Assembly (NCBI GenBank): GCA_977018835.1
Contig: OZ361259.1
Span: 4,340,001 to 4,404,000, forward strand
Direction: 5' to 3'
DNA: 64,000 nt
Source: Minutocellus sp. GHC0000111
Taxonomy: Eukaryota
Positions 48,077 to 59,555 of the stretch are shown here, piece by piece (within the stretch, counting starts at the first letter, position 1; each line of letters begins with the position of its first letter). Position numbers and translations under genes: made by a program. Below the pieces are notes generated by a model that made no database searches, was not told where the DNA came from, and saw only the letters and a program-made list of their open reading frames with translations.

Positions 48077-48630
48077 TGATGAAGGAGCCGACGAGCAGCA
48101 GCAGCAGCAGCAACAGCAGCATACCGGTAAGAGAAGAAAAAATGGGAATTCCTACTGGCTAGATCTAGCACTTGTGTTTGTCAAAAGTTCAATATATGTA
48201 GAGCCGATTTAGTAGGAATTCCTAGATCTACCTGTACGCCTCTTAGATCTACAACTTGAATACCTGACACGAGAACTGTTGCAGACGAAGGTAATTTTGG
48301 GTTATTTGAGTCGACTGAGTCGAGTCATTTTATTTGACTCAGTCGATTGTTTTGTGCGAGCAATTGGGCTTTCTGCCGCGACACTCGAAGTTTACTCTCG
48401 TCTTTTCTGAAGGTGAATGCCCAGTCTGAACTCATGTTCATTCATCGACTATGCTCGTCAAGGACCGCTGATTCAAAGTAGCAGCTCATACAAAACATAC
48501 ATCACAATAATCAGATAGCCGGTACCGGTAGCACAAATCTTTTGCCATCACATTGCTCCACCAACGACAGCAACTCTTCGAGCTAATAGCTAGAAGCCTG
48601 CCATTGTTGTTGCGTACCAACATTTGAATC

Positions 48631-50612
48631 ATGCAACTCCATCACCAGATCTTCATTGCGATTGCTCTCACCGCGTCGTTGGTATCGGCGGCGGTAGATG
48701 AGACCAACTGCATCGACAACTCGAATTATCGGAGTCCCAAGCTTGGGCTCAGTTGTGCTCAGCACAAAGGTCTCGACTGCCACGAATTTGGCACCGTTGG
48801 ATATTCCAGTGATGAAATCGCAGATCTACTTCTACAATGCCCCTCCAGCTGTGCCGTCGAAGGCTGTGCCTCCGAGGGTCTATCCAACAACGACGACAAC
48901 AAGATCCAGCAAATCATCAACGATGACGTCCAAATAAGTGTCCAAAGATCTCGGTCACTCCGTGGCCTTTTACCGATGAGCTCAACTACCACCTGCCCCG
49001 ATGACTGGGATGAATCTTGCCGCGACGATCCGAATTTCAAATCAAAGCTCCAGCTGCCTTGTTCGGGGCACGTTACCTTTGACTGCACAGTACTTGGGGC
49101 CATTGGATTCGGCCTCCAGGATATCGTTGACCTCATTTCAAATTGCCCATGTTCATGTGGCATCGAATGCGGAGCTCCAACTTCCTCACCCAGCAGCAGC
49201 CCTTCATCGAACCCAACAGTGACAGCGTCGGCGTCTCCATCTCTGTCACCAACTGCATCGCCAACCGCATACCCCACAACCCCAAGCCCCACAGCGATTC
49301 CAACAATGACACCAACCACACCGTCGCCAACCAGAAGCCCAACACAATCGCCTTCAGCAGCTCCTTCTGCCCTGAGCGAGGACAACGATAATCAAAATGT
49401 GATTGCCCAAGTGGTCACGAGTGATGAGTCATCGCAACAAGAAGAAAACAACTCTGTAATGGGATCGCTTCCATTCTCGCCTTCTGTATTCTATGGTATT
49501 GTGGCCACTGTAGCATTCGTCGCGCTTTGGTTGCGATTGTGGTCGTTACGAGGCATGTAAAGGGATCTCGCCAACAGAAGGATGACGACATGTCTCCCTC
49601 AAAGAATTCCAGACGAAACAATAAGCACTCATCTTCAAAGTCATATGCTCGATCCACCGCTGGTGGCAAGTCTCTTGTCACTGCAAAAACAAATGCGACG
49701 CGGAAGACGACATCGCTCAAAAAGAAGCATTCAAAGAGGGATATTCGTGCAAAACGCAGTACCGGCGGTAGCGCGGCTTCAAGGAGTAGCACGTCCACGT
49801 CGAGAGCCGGAAGCAAGTCAGCATCAGGCTTCAAAGCAGAATGCTTACAAACTCGGAGTTACAACACCGGCACAAGAGCTGGCAGCACCGTTAGGCATCC
49901 TGCTAGTGCAACGATTGGAGAAAATTGCGAGGACGATATCGAGGCGAACGATTCAATGACATACACTGAGTCAATGTGCACCACTAGAAAGATGCCTGCT
50001 GATATTGAAGAGGGAGCAAAACATACTTTACAAGAAGAATTAGGTGCTGCTCCATCGAATGGTTCAGGAAAACCTCAATGCGATTGGTCCATTGTCGATG
50101 CACACGGAGTAAGCGGACTTACGGATTGGTGGAATTCAAAGTCCAAGAACAAGGTCAACAGCGCCAACAACGAGAAGCCAGGACAGTCTCATTCTGGAAG
50201 TGCATGTTGGGAATTCGTTGGCGCAGCTCAAGTTGAAACGAGTCAAAATGGCGACGACGATAAGGGTGCCGCGAACGGTTCTAAGTCTTCCAACGGCGAA
50301 CGAAAGAGTCGCCGTAGTCGTCTTCCAGGGAAGAAATCGTCGAGAAGAAGTGTGGGATGGGCCTCTCAGGACGACGAAGAAGCCGAGGAGGGTGGCACCT
50401 TTGGAGAAATGCTCTCCAATGCACTGAACACTTTCAGCGGAGACGAAGGAGATGATCAGCGGCGCCATTCTGACGGTAGATCTCGAAGGTCTAGATCCAG
50501 ATCTAGGTCGAGGTCAAGATCCAAATCAAGCAAATCTCGCTCGACGAGAATGTCAAGTCGACGTAACAGAGGGTCAGAAGAAGTGGACCCGATGCACAGC
50601 TGGTTCAGCTGA
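48631..50612 (+). pseudogene. Type I membrane protein with two Cys-rich repeats, PT-rich stalk and basic low-complexity tail; frameshift in the TM segment
   Basis: Signal peptide, two C.D...(Y/F).S.L.L.C..H...DC...G..G.......L...CP.SC repeats, and SPT/PT repeats. The TM segment is split between ORFs 48631..49560 and 49527..50612. Confidence 0.7.
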
Positions 50613-50911
50613 AGCACATGAAGATCCAAATGTTGGTGTAGGGGCCCTCTACCATGGTAGTACTGATTAGAATTGTTCATAATTTATGTAAGAAATGAAA
50701 AGGAAGACTCTTTATTAGCAATTAGACACAAGGTAGAAAGGCTGGCAGTTGCTCCTTTTATTGCTTGATTTCTGTGATTTGATTTTGCAATTTTCTTCCT
50801 CCGCGGAAAGAAAAAGAGGAGAAAGAAGGAAAAAGAAGGAAAAGGGAGCGAAATGATAAAAGCATCTCTGCTCGGCGAGTCTACATGTCACTACCGGTAA
50901 CTTCATGTTTA

Positions 50912-53299
50912 CTACATGTGTTGGTAATGAATGATTACTAATTTACGAAACATCCCCAAAAGACCCCCATTGGACCTCGGCCATGCATTGTCTGGTAATT
51001 TCTGGGCATTCGCTCCCACTCCTAGCACCTGCGCTGTCAACCTGCTTTTGGTGAGATTCTTATTCATCTTGCTTGCCAACCACCGACGGACTTCAAGATC
51101 TAAAGCCTTTCCTTTTGCCACTAGTTCGGCCTCATCGATCTCGGCTGCTCTAAACACATCATCCTGATCTTTTGTGACAGCTGCATCAACCACACGCATT
51201 GCCAACTTATATTTTGTCTTTTCATTGCGATCAAAAGCCCTGGGAAGTATTGCCAGCGGCGGAGGCATGGATTCATGCGACGACCCTGACTTCAGCTTTC
51301 CAGATCGAGCCAATTCTATTACTATTTCGCTCATGAGCGGCCACTTATTCTTCTTTTTGCCCCCAGCGCTGCTGACAGTTGACAACTGCTCCGTCGTTGG
51401 TAGCGGTGGAGGCCGAAGAGCCGTCGGTAGCGGTGGCGCTCCTCCAACCATTCTCCTTGCTATGGCAACCGGCGATACTGCAATGGCAGATATTGCGGTG
51501 CCGATAATGCCAGAACCTCCAGCGGTGCGCTGCCGCACGTTTCGGCCAGGGGATCGCGGTGGGGATGGCTCTCTTCGTCGGATGGTGCCACCGGCAGGTC
51601 TACTGGTACCAGCAACCGCCGAATCAACACCACCAGAAGCAATCAATGGCACCGATGTTCCATTTAGCGCCCTTGCATCCGATTTTTGTAGCTGAGTCTC
51701 AAGGTGACATATTGTTCTTGCGTTGGTTGCTGCCAAAGCCTTCAAATCGGCAATCTCCTTCCGCAAATCTGATACTAAACGATTGTTTTCAGCTACCACA
51801 GTAGCAAGCTCCTCCTCAGCGGATGAATACGGTGCATTGATGGCCTTGAAATCATCTGCCACCTTCCTTGACCACCCCTTCAATTGAGACAGATCAATAC
51901 CGAGCTCGTCCCCCACATTCATCATCCGACGAACGGCAGGGCCTGCAACTCCAAGAAAAGACAGCTTCGTCGAAAAATTCATAATGTTGGTGGCCAGCAC
52001 CTCCCGTACCAGCTGCCGTAGCCTCCCTCCAGCCTTGAAATCAGGCATTGTCATTGGATATAATTTGTCTGCAAACCGATCCAAAAGAGCCATGTCGTCA
52101 GGCAAAGTGCTGATGGCAATGAGCCGAGGAGGACGGTGGGACTTCCGAGGAGAGGGATGGCCAGCAAGAGACCTCATTGGCACATGTTGCATCGCCCGCC
52201 GAGATAGCACGTAGTGCCTGGTGTTATCAGCAGGAGCGTGGCCTGATCGTGCCGTGAGCTCTGGATGATTCACCGACGGATCTTCGTGAAGGTGGGTAGT
52301 GCCGCCGTATCGCATGCTTCGACCAGATATGCTGTCCCGTATTGAATCCGGCAGATCATCTCGCAAGGTTTCGGTGAGGGTCTTGGAAGTCCAGGAATCG
52401 CTTCGAGCCTGGCACATCGGTACAACAAAGGCCTGGAGAAAACCTATGTTGCCAGAGGAGTTGCAGGTACGAGAGAGGCCACCATCGACGCTCCAGTGGT
52501 CACCAAGGGCATCAAATACACAAGTCTCCCACCGGTCATAATCTGTACAGAAGGTAGTCGGCCTGGTCGTGCCATTCTTCAAGTCCTTCCAGTCAGCAGC
52601 AGCACAATTACCGACGGGATCATATGTCATGCCCTGGTAGTTGAGATATTTCACCTCCCCGGACCGGCCATCGGCGGCATATGTCAAGTTGAGAGCAAGG
52701 CGTCGCTGGTGCTTGTCGCCGAGCTTGCTGGTTTTCAGTAGCTTGCGATTGATGGTGACCATGTCGGGAACATCGTCGGCAAATGGACTGGTGCTGACAC
52801 CGTCGTGTCCTTCAATAACACCAGCATCGGGGTTGAGGCGAACGATGCCGATCTTGCCGGGTACTTCGTCGACACCAGATGTGCCACGGACGCTGTCTCT
52901 CTCCAGCTTCTTGACGAGCGCGCCCTTGGAGAGGGTGAACCAGGTCTCGTCGGTCCAGTCGACGTGGCGGCCGAACCGGTCCTTCAGGTACTCCTTGATG
53001 AGGCCGAAGCCGTTGCCGACGCCGTCAGCCTTGAGGAGCTTGTCCCGGTTGTTCATGTACCTCGGAGGGTTCGTCGACATGTACTCGGCCCAAGAGCACA
53101 TAATTGATTCGATGTCGCCGGGCGATGCGACGTCTTCGGGCGTCAAGTCGTCGACAAAGGGAAGACCGATATGCTGAAGATATGCATTGAATCGGGTATT
53201 GTACGATGATAACTCGGGTGGTGCCCTTGGGACTGCCGTGCGGCGAAGGCCGGCGGTGGCGTTCGTGGCGGCGGTAGCAGCAGTAGTAGCGGCGGCCAT
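50912..53299 (-). CDS. Tyrosine recombinase, Crypton-like (DNA transposon type), apparently intact
   Basis: Catalytic order R (DGRSGEVK), K (WKDLKNG), xxxR (GRSMRYG), H (ARSGH), Y (NTRHY). Long C-terminal extension with a coiled coil. No RT nearby. Confidence 0.8.
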   Translation of the reverse strand: MAAATTAATAATNATAGLRRTAVPRAPPELSSYNTRFNAYLQHIGLPFVDDLTPEDVASPGDIESIMCSWAEYMSTNPPRYMNNRDKLLKADGVGNGFGLIKEYLKDRFGRHVDWTDETWFTLSKGALVKKLERDSVRGTSGVDEVPGKIGIVRLNPDAGVIEGHDGVSTSPFADDVPDMVTINRKLLKTSKLGDKHQRRLALNLTYAADGRSGEVKYLNYQGMTYDPVGNCAAADWKDLKNGTTRPTTFCTDYDRWETCVFDALGDHWSVDGGLSRTCNSSGNIGFLQAFVVPMCQARSDSWTSKTLTETLRDDLPDSIRDSISGRSMRYGGTTHLHEDPSVNHPELTARSGHAPADNTRHYVLSRRAMQHVPMRSLAGHPSPRKSHRPPRLIAISTLPDDMALLDRFADKLYPMTMPDFKAGGRLRQLVREVLATNIMNFSTKLSFLGVAGPAVRRMMNVGDELGIDLSQLKGWSRKVADDFKAINAPYSSAEEELATVVAENNRLVSDLRKEIADLKALAATNARTICHLETQLQKSDARALNGTSVPLIASGGVDSAVAGTSRPAGGTIRRREPSPPRSPGRNVRQRTAGGSGIIGTAISAIAVSPVAIARRMVGGAPPLPTALRPPPLPTTEQLSTVSSAGGKKKNKWPLMSEIVIELARSGKLKSGSSHESMPPPLAILPRAFDRNEKTKYKLAMRVVDAAVTKDQDDVFRAAEIDEAELVAKGKALDLEVRRWLASKMNKNLTKSRLTAQVLGVGANAQKLPDNAWPRSNGGLLGMFRKLVIIHYQHM

Positions 53300-53422
53300 G
53301 GTGTCAAAAGACTGCGAGCCAAACTTTACCCAGGAATCCCCCCGAAACACCCGGGTAAAGTTCGGAAGCAAGGCGCAAAAAGATCCTCCAAGCAGACAAC
53401 GAGCGAACATTACAATTATTTT

Positions 53423-53495
53423 TGTGGAATATTCAACAGAAGTAAATGCACGAAAAAGAGAATGGATGTCATTTATCAATGTTGAATATTCAACA
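53423..53495. promoter_or_regulatory. Two copies of palindrome TGTTGAATATTCAACA in the divergent YR/cargo spacer
   Basis: 53423-53438 (TGTGGAATATTCAACA) and 53480-53495 (perfect). Further copies at 56356-56371 and 58074-58089. The function is inferred. Confidence 0.6.
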
Positions 53496-53586
53496 AAAAT
53501 ATATATATCCAAAGACTCGTGGTTTCCTACCGTCTAAACTCACTAACACTTTTCCGTGCTTTTGAACTTAATACAAAACACACAGA

Positions 53587-56500
53587 GGCTCGTACGAAAT
53601 CGTCAAAGCCACGGAAGGTAGCCCTGAGTCGCGTACCAAATGAAATAAAAATATGCTTGCAAGTTATCTATGAAGCATGTGGCTTCACGAAGGAAGAAGC
53701 GCAGAATCAATGTATTACAGCGAAGCAAGGGACACCAGAAACACATGCGTGGAAAGAGGCCTTGCCTTGCTTTTAATTTATTCCCAAGCAAAAAGATTAA
53801 AACGAAGGTCAAAGAAGGAGGTAAATTGTACGTCAGGGACACCCCTGGCGATGTTGTAGGGCCGCACATGGCATATGAGGCAATATTGGAGGAAACAAGT
53901 AAGAAGAAGAGCGATAATGAGTTGCCTATGTTGCTGAAATACATTATCCATGAAGTTGGATCGAGGCTAGCGAAATTTGAAGATGATGATTATTTCCCTA
54001 AGGAGGGATTTATGAAGGCAATGAAAAATGTGGTCGCGGTGCAAATGAGTAATAAGGACTACTCGGACGTTAGATGCAAGGTGGTGACGACAAATGAGTA
54101 TAGTGGTGATGAATTAGTCTCGTGGCTACGCCGAGTCTATGAGCTAGACGAAGAGTATGACTTGTCCGACGAAGGATTCGAGAGGACGATTAAAACAGTC
54201 AGAGGTTATCGTAAAGGGATGGCTCGAGGTGGAATGGCATGTCCCAAAGAGTGGGCAGAGAGGGTGGTTTCAATTAATATTGCAAAAAAGGACCCGAATA
54301 TAACTCCGAACGAAGTGGATAAAGCACTGCAGAAGATTGCTGAAAAGAAGAAGAAAGATATGACGGTGACCGACGATGAGGACAAAGGAGATGCCGAGGA
54401 CGACCAGAGCGACAGAGTAGAGAGATCCGCGGAAGAAGAGGAAATCTGGAACTAGATGAAGACGAGGAAACAAACAATGAGGAAGAAGGAGGAAATAATG
54501 GATCAGTAGAGGATGGATCAGACGAGGACGGAAAAGAAGAGGCAGAAGATACATTGGAAGGGAAAAAACAGGTATGTATGTATGTATGAAAAGATGATTG
54601 TTAATTAGCATTTGAAGGGTTCTAAAGATGAACCGAGCTACCAGCACTAATGATTTGTGTACTTTATTTCCGTAAGCAGGCTGGATCAGAAAAGGACAAG
54701 GGATCGAAGAAAAAGGGCAAGGAAGCCGAGGATGATGCAGATGAATACAACAGGCAAGCACCTTAAATAGCTCCGAGGGGTATAAAGATGGGATCGATAG
54801 CCGCGGTCTCCTTCTTCCGGTATGGTTTTCAGGACCAAGAATCGGTAATTGGAATAGTCGAAGGAAGTAATCCAAGAACACACCCAACAATTGAAGATAG
54901 AATCCCGATACAAAATGGTTTGGTTATTCCGGGAGGTGATGTTCAGAATGACGTACGAAAGGAAACCATTGACACAGTGTACATGTGGTCGGTGAAGAAA
55001 GGTTCGAAGCTGAATCAGATGATAGAGGATGGACAAATATACGAAAAGATCTTTGAAGGCGTCTACATTTCTATAGACAGGAGAAAGTCTGGAGATGTAG
55101 AGAATAAATATCTGGAAGAGCACCGAGTGTACTATGATGTCCCGAACATTGCGATGGTAATGGATGCTAGAGACTATGCAGGAGGAGAAGCATCCTTTCA
55201 GAATAACGATGAAGCGTTCAAAAGAACCAAGGAAAGGAAAATGAAAGAAAGACTTACGCTGGAAGGGTTCGATGGATTTATGGAAAATATGACCAAGGTA
55301 CAGTTCCACGAACTAGCATCGATAAGTAGAGCCCATGAAACATCGAAGGGTGTCTTACTCACAGAGGACGAAGAGAGTGGAATCCTAGAAAACTATGAAA
55401 AGGACGACGATGAGGAGGAGGAGGCGATACTCAGGATTGCAACCCTTAGGAAACTTGAAAGGGTTGTTCGAGAAAGGTCTAGTAGGAGACTTGCAAAGAT
55501 CGCTGGTTATGCAGAGGCATTCTCCGTTTCGTCACTGGGAGAAGAATGGAGTTCAAGAATTGAGGTAAGTAATGAGAAAAAGATGAGATGTAGAAAAATG
55601 AAATGTACAATGCCCCTCGAGAGCTGAATCTTAATCATTGCCACTTTTCTCTTATTTTGCAGTCTGTCCAAATTAATGGTGCAAAACGAACAGTAGAGGC
55701 GAGAAAATTGATACTAGGTTACCCAACAGACCCCAAGAGTCAATTATTAATGAGCAACGAAGAAATGGACAAGATTAATCCGACACGAATCACAGCAACG
55801 ATGCCTATCGCAACAAATGAGTGGAATGTTGCGTGGTACCCTTCCATGACCCCGGAACAAATGTGCGCAATAGGAACCGCTGCGACGAATGCCCAAGCGA
55901 CGGAAGCAGGGTTGTCAGTTATGACATTAATCGTGACTCTCCTTGAGCGAGCGAGGGGTGTAGCGGCAAACATCGGAGGAATAGGAAGAGAAGAATTCTG
56001 GAATGGAGATGACAAGGCGCTGAAGAAGTATGAAAAAGTCCTCCAAGCAGCTGTCAAGATAGTTATGAAAGCCGCAGAAGGAGTAGAGAAGAGCGAATGT
56101 CACCCCTTGAGATCGATGGTTGATGACCACGCGAAAGCTAGCGGGATGAATACAAGAGTGAAGACTTTAGGGTGCACAGCCCAGAGATTTGAGACGCTAG
56201 CAAAGTTGGAGTCAATACCGTACTGGGAAAAGTACACGAAAGAAGATCCACTAGGACAATACTTCGAGAAGAAGGTGAATATGAAAGGGAAGAAATTCGT
56301 GATGATTGGTGAGTACTGGAAACTAGAAAAATGCAAGAATTGTGATATTTACTTTTGTTGAATATACAACAAAGATATATGAGCAAAATTTGAATATGGA
56401 ACTGTACTAACAATCCCGTCGAATTGAATGACATCACATGACCAACCATTCACCGCCTAAAGGGAATTATGACTCCAATTATGGAAAGCATTGGGTCGCG

Positions 56501-58025
56501 AAGGGTCTACCGACACAGAGAAAGCCATATGCTTATCAGATAACAGGATTCAGCATTGTAGCGGATGTATTAACAGCGGCTATGCTAGTAGATGGAGGGA
56601 TCAATGCGACGATGGCCGCAGCTCAGATTAGAAATGTAGATTTGAGGACTTTGTATCAGATGTTTGTTCATGCTAATAATCTCTGTTCTATCCCAGCGGA
56701 CTTAATGGCGAAAGACATGTATGAGATAATGGACACGCCATTACAAAGAGATGGAAGAGCGAAGACCTTCAGATATTGCTCCGGGAAATACCAAGCAACA
56801 GCAAGATCATTAATATTCAAAGAGACCTGCAAAATGATAGCAGACCATGGAAACGACAACTCGATGCGGCCAACAAGAGAAGCATTGGCTAGTTCTGCGC
56901 CTAATAGCACCAGGAGGAATACTGGATAGTGGAAATGAACTGGATCTCGGAGGACTAGAGAAGAGTGATGAGGAAACAGAACAGGTAATATGCCAAGGAC
57001 ATCCGTTAGATGACTTGACGTTTGAAGCCATCAGTCCTCTGAAAAACATGAATACCTTGATCGAACGAGTACTATTCTTTCATTATTCCTTTGTGGCGAA
57101 TGAATACACGGTGAGACCAGAAAGATTCAATTTAGATAGAGTCCTACTGTACGACAGAGAAGAAGAAGGATCGCCAGTGCCGCAAGAGGAGAAAACTAGA
57201 AACCATACGGTAACGAGAGGAGGTAAGGAATTTGAAATATTATTCAACTCAACAGGAGCAATTAAGGTGAGCGAGCACGTAAATGAGGATTCACAAAGAG
57301 TGATGAGCTTAGTACCAAAAGAAATAATGCTCCGATGCGTCATGAACAATATGGTAATGGGAAAACCAAAAGAAGGAGAGGCGTTCGTAGCACAAACGGA
57401 CTTCATCCAGAGATATGTGAAAGTAAAAACGAAGGAAGGAGGCATAGAACTTAAGTCAGCGACGCCACAGAAGAGGATGACAGCAGCGCAACGCAAGGAT
57501 TCATGCATTGGAAATATGACGAGCGACTTTGAAAAGATAACAGACCTACTCGAAGAAGCAATGGATCAGGATGGGAGCACTAAAACAAAAACACTTGAAA
57601 GAGTCGCAGCTATAGCCGAAGCAGGAAAGAAGAGGGGACAAGACGAGATAAGCCAAGCAACGCCACAAGGAAAGACTCGAAATAAAAGCAACACGCCAGA
57701 GTCAACGAATGACGACGGAGATACTCAAAAAAGAAAAGCCACAGGAGATGACGAGGAAGAACAAAAGAGAGGTCAAGATGAGAATAACCATGATACGCCG
57801 CAGAAAAAGATGAATGAGAAAAGCAACGAGAAGGAGCCAGAGACTCCCGAAAGAGATACTGGAAATGAAGGAGAGGACAGAGTATCGGTACGAGGACCTG
57901 AGACAAGACGAAGCATGAGATCGAGAAAAGGGCATGATGAAGACACGGGGGAAGAGAAAAGTAAAAAATCAGAAGGCAGCGGAAGGAGGGCAAAGAAAGC
58001 AAGAAAAAAAGATAAGAATAATTAA
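53587..58025 (+). pseudogene. Large multi-exon orphan gene (or genes), Lys/Glu-rich, with frameshifts and a stop
   Basis: Chained ORFs 53670..54455, 54788..55627, 55603..56361, 56438..56929 and 56847..58025. Intron-like segments start GTATGT (~54572), GTAAGT (~55565) and GTGAGT (~56309). No recognisable domain. Confidence 0.55.
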
Positions 58026-58119
58026 TATATATGTATATTATACTAGCAAAATTAAAGAAGAGATATCTACAAATGTTGAATATTCCACAAAGATAAATTG
58101 AGCGAGGTACATGAAATCT

Positions 58120-59555
58120 TCAGAGCTGACCGTAATCATCAGGACCAGAAGGATCGAAATGAGGACCAGATCGAAAGCATGATCTGAGGTAACGAAAGAC
58201 GGGAGACGAGGAGGCAAAAACATCGCTAGGGAGATGGGGGTTGGAGTCAAAATTAGATCTGAAAACGTAAGCAGCGGATCCAACGTTGGCATCACGTACA
58301 TAGAGCATGGGGATTTCATCGGAACAGATTGACTCTCTGTCAGCTGCATGGATAACACGTAAGACGTCGACTTGCTCAAGCTGGTTCACAGCAAGAAAAG
58401 ATGCTATGAAATGGCAAAAAGAAGCATGAATAGGACCTGCAGATGCCACGCCGGGGCCGTGAGGTTCGGAAGCTAATGATTGGACAAAACGTGCAAATTC
58501 AGGATGCCGAAAGACCGTGCGAAACGTCGGGACACATGACATTACAAAAGGTAAAACAGAACCACTCCAATCAATGTCCGACCCAGAACGACGAAGACGA
58601 AAAGAGCTATGAGGTCGACGGAAGAAAAATATCCCGTCAATGCGATAAACAGTACGACGGAAGATATCAATAATAAGACTCCGATCGACGAGGCTCGACG
58701 AAGAAGAGAGACAACCAAAAGACCGAGGAGATTCGAGAGACCGAGATACAGGATCGACGACAGCGGAAGATACAAATATAGAACGAGACAGACAAAGATC
58801 GACGATGAAGGAGTGAAATTCATTCGAGAGAACGATATCAACGAATGACGGGGACGAGAGATGGGTAGAGGCGCATTGGCGACAGTGAGAGGACAACCAC
58901 AAACGACGAAAGAATTCCTTGCCGAGGGGAGAAGCCGCAAACGAATCCATGGTAGGGAAACAGAAGAGACAAGAAACACCACGACGACACCGCCACGAGC
59001 GCAACGAAGACGACGATGTACAATTACAATGGAGCTCACACGGCGCACCGATGCAGGATACGATCGACGGCCAAGATTTGAACGCGCACCTGTGAGCAGA
59101 AAGTCTCACTACTTTCCATATGACGTCATTATATGTCTCGGCCACATAGGATTGTTGAGCATTCAACATTAGTAAATAATGCAGGAAGAGGCATCGACTA
59201 TAAACAAGGAACGTATAAAAAGTAAAGAGAGTTATGCTTAAGCAGTAAGAAAAGAATTGTAGCACGAAGTGCCAATTTATAATAATAAAAAAAAAGAAGA
59301 GGAATAGCTAGCAGCTCATCACGGACACACGGCAACAGGAAGGAGCTGGTCCTTTTTTGGTAGAGCCGCTCGACCCAAAAACTGGACATTCGTCTTTCCG
59401 TCGTCCGTGTTTCCAACGCGGCGAAGTACGGGAAAAGTCGCAATTTCCTGCCGGACCAACTTTTCCCCCTGAAACATGGCAAAAAGACTTGATCGAGCCG
59501 GCCTGCCTCGCTTACGTCCCCACTCTAGTTCACATTCATTCAAGGTTGGGGACAT
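58120..59555 (-). CDS. Possible orphan gene (ORF 58120..59265 plus possible first exon from ATG 59555)
   Basis: 381-aa ORF with a Cys cluster. The strong strand skew lowers stop-codon frequency, so it may be spurious. Confidence 0.35.

Noticed and set aside
48311..48346. Inverted repeat tcgactgagtc/gactcagtcga in an intergenic region
   Set aside because: An 11-bp stem with no TSD or second copy. It may be a promoter motif, but this is unsupported.
53423..58089. Palindromic repeats as a CRISPR-like array
   Set aside because: Irregular kb-scale spacing, no spacer periodicity, no cas genes, and a eukaryotic context.
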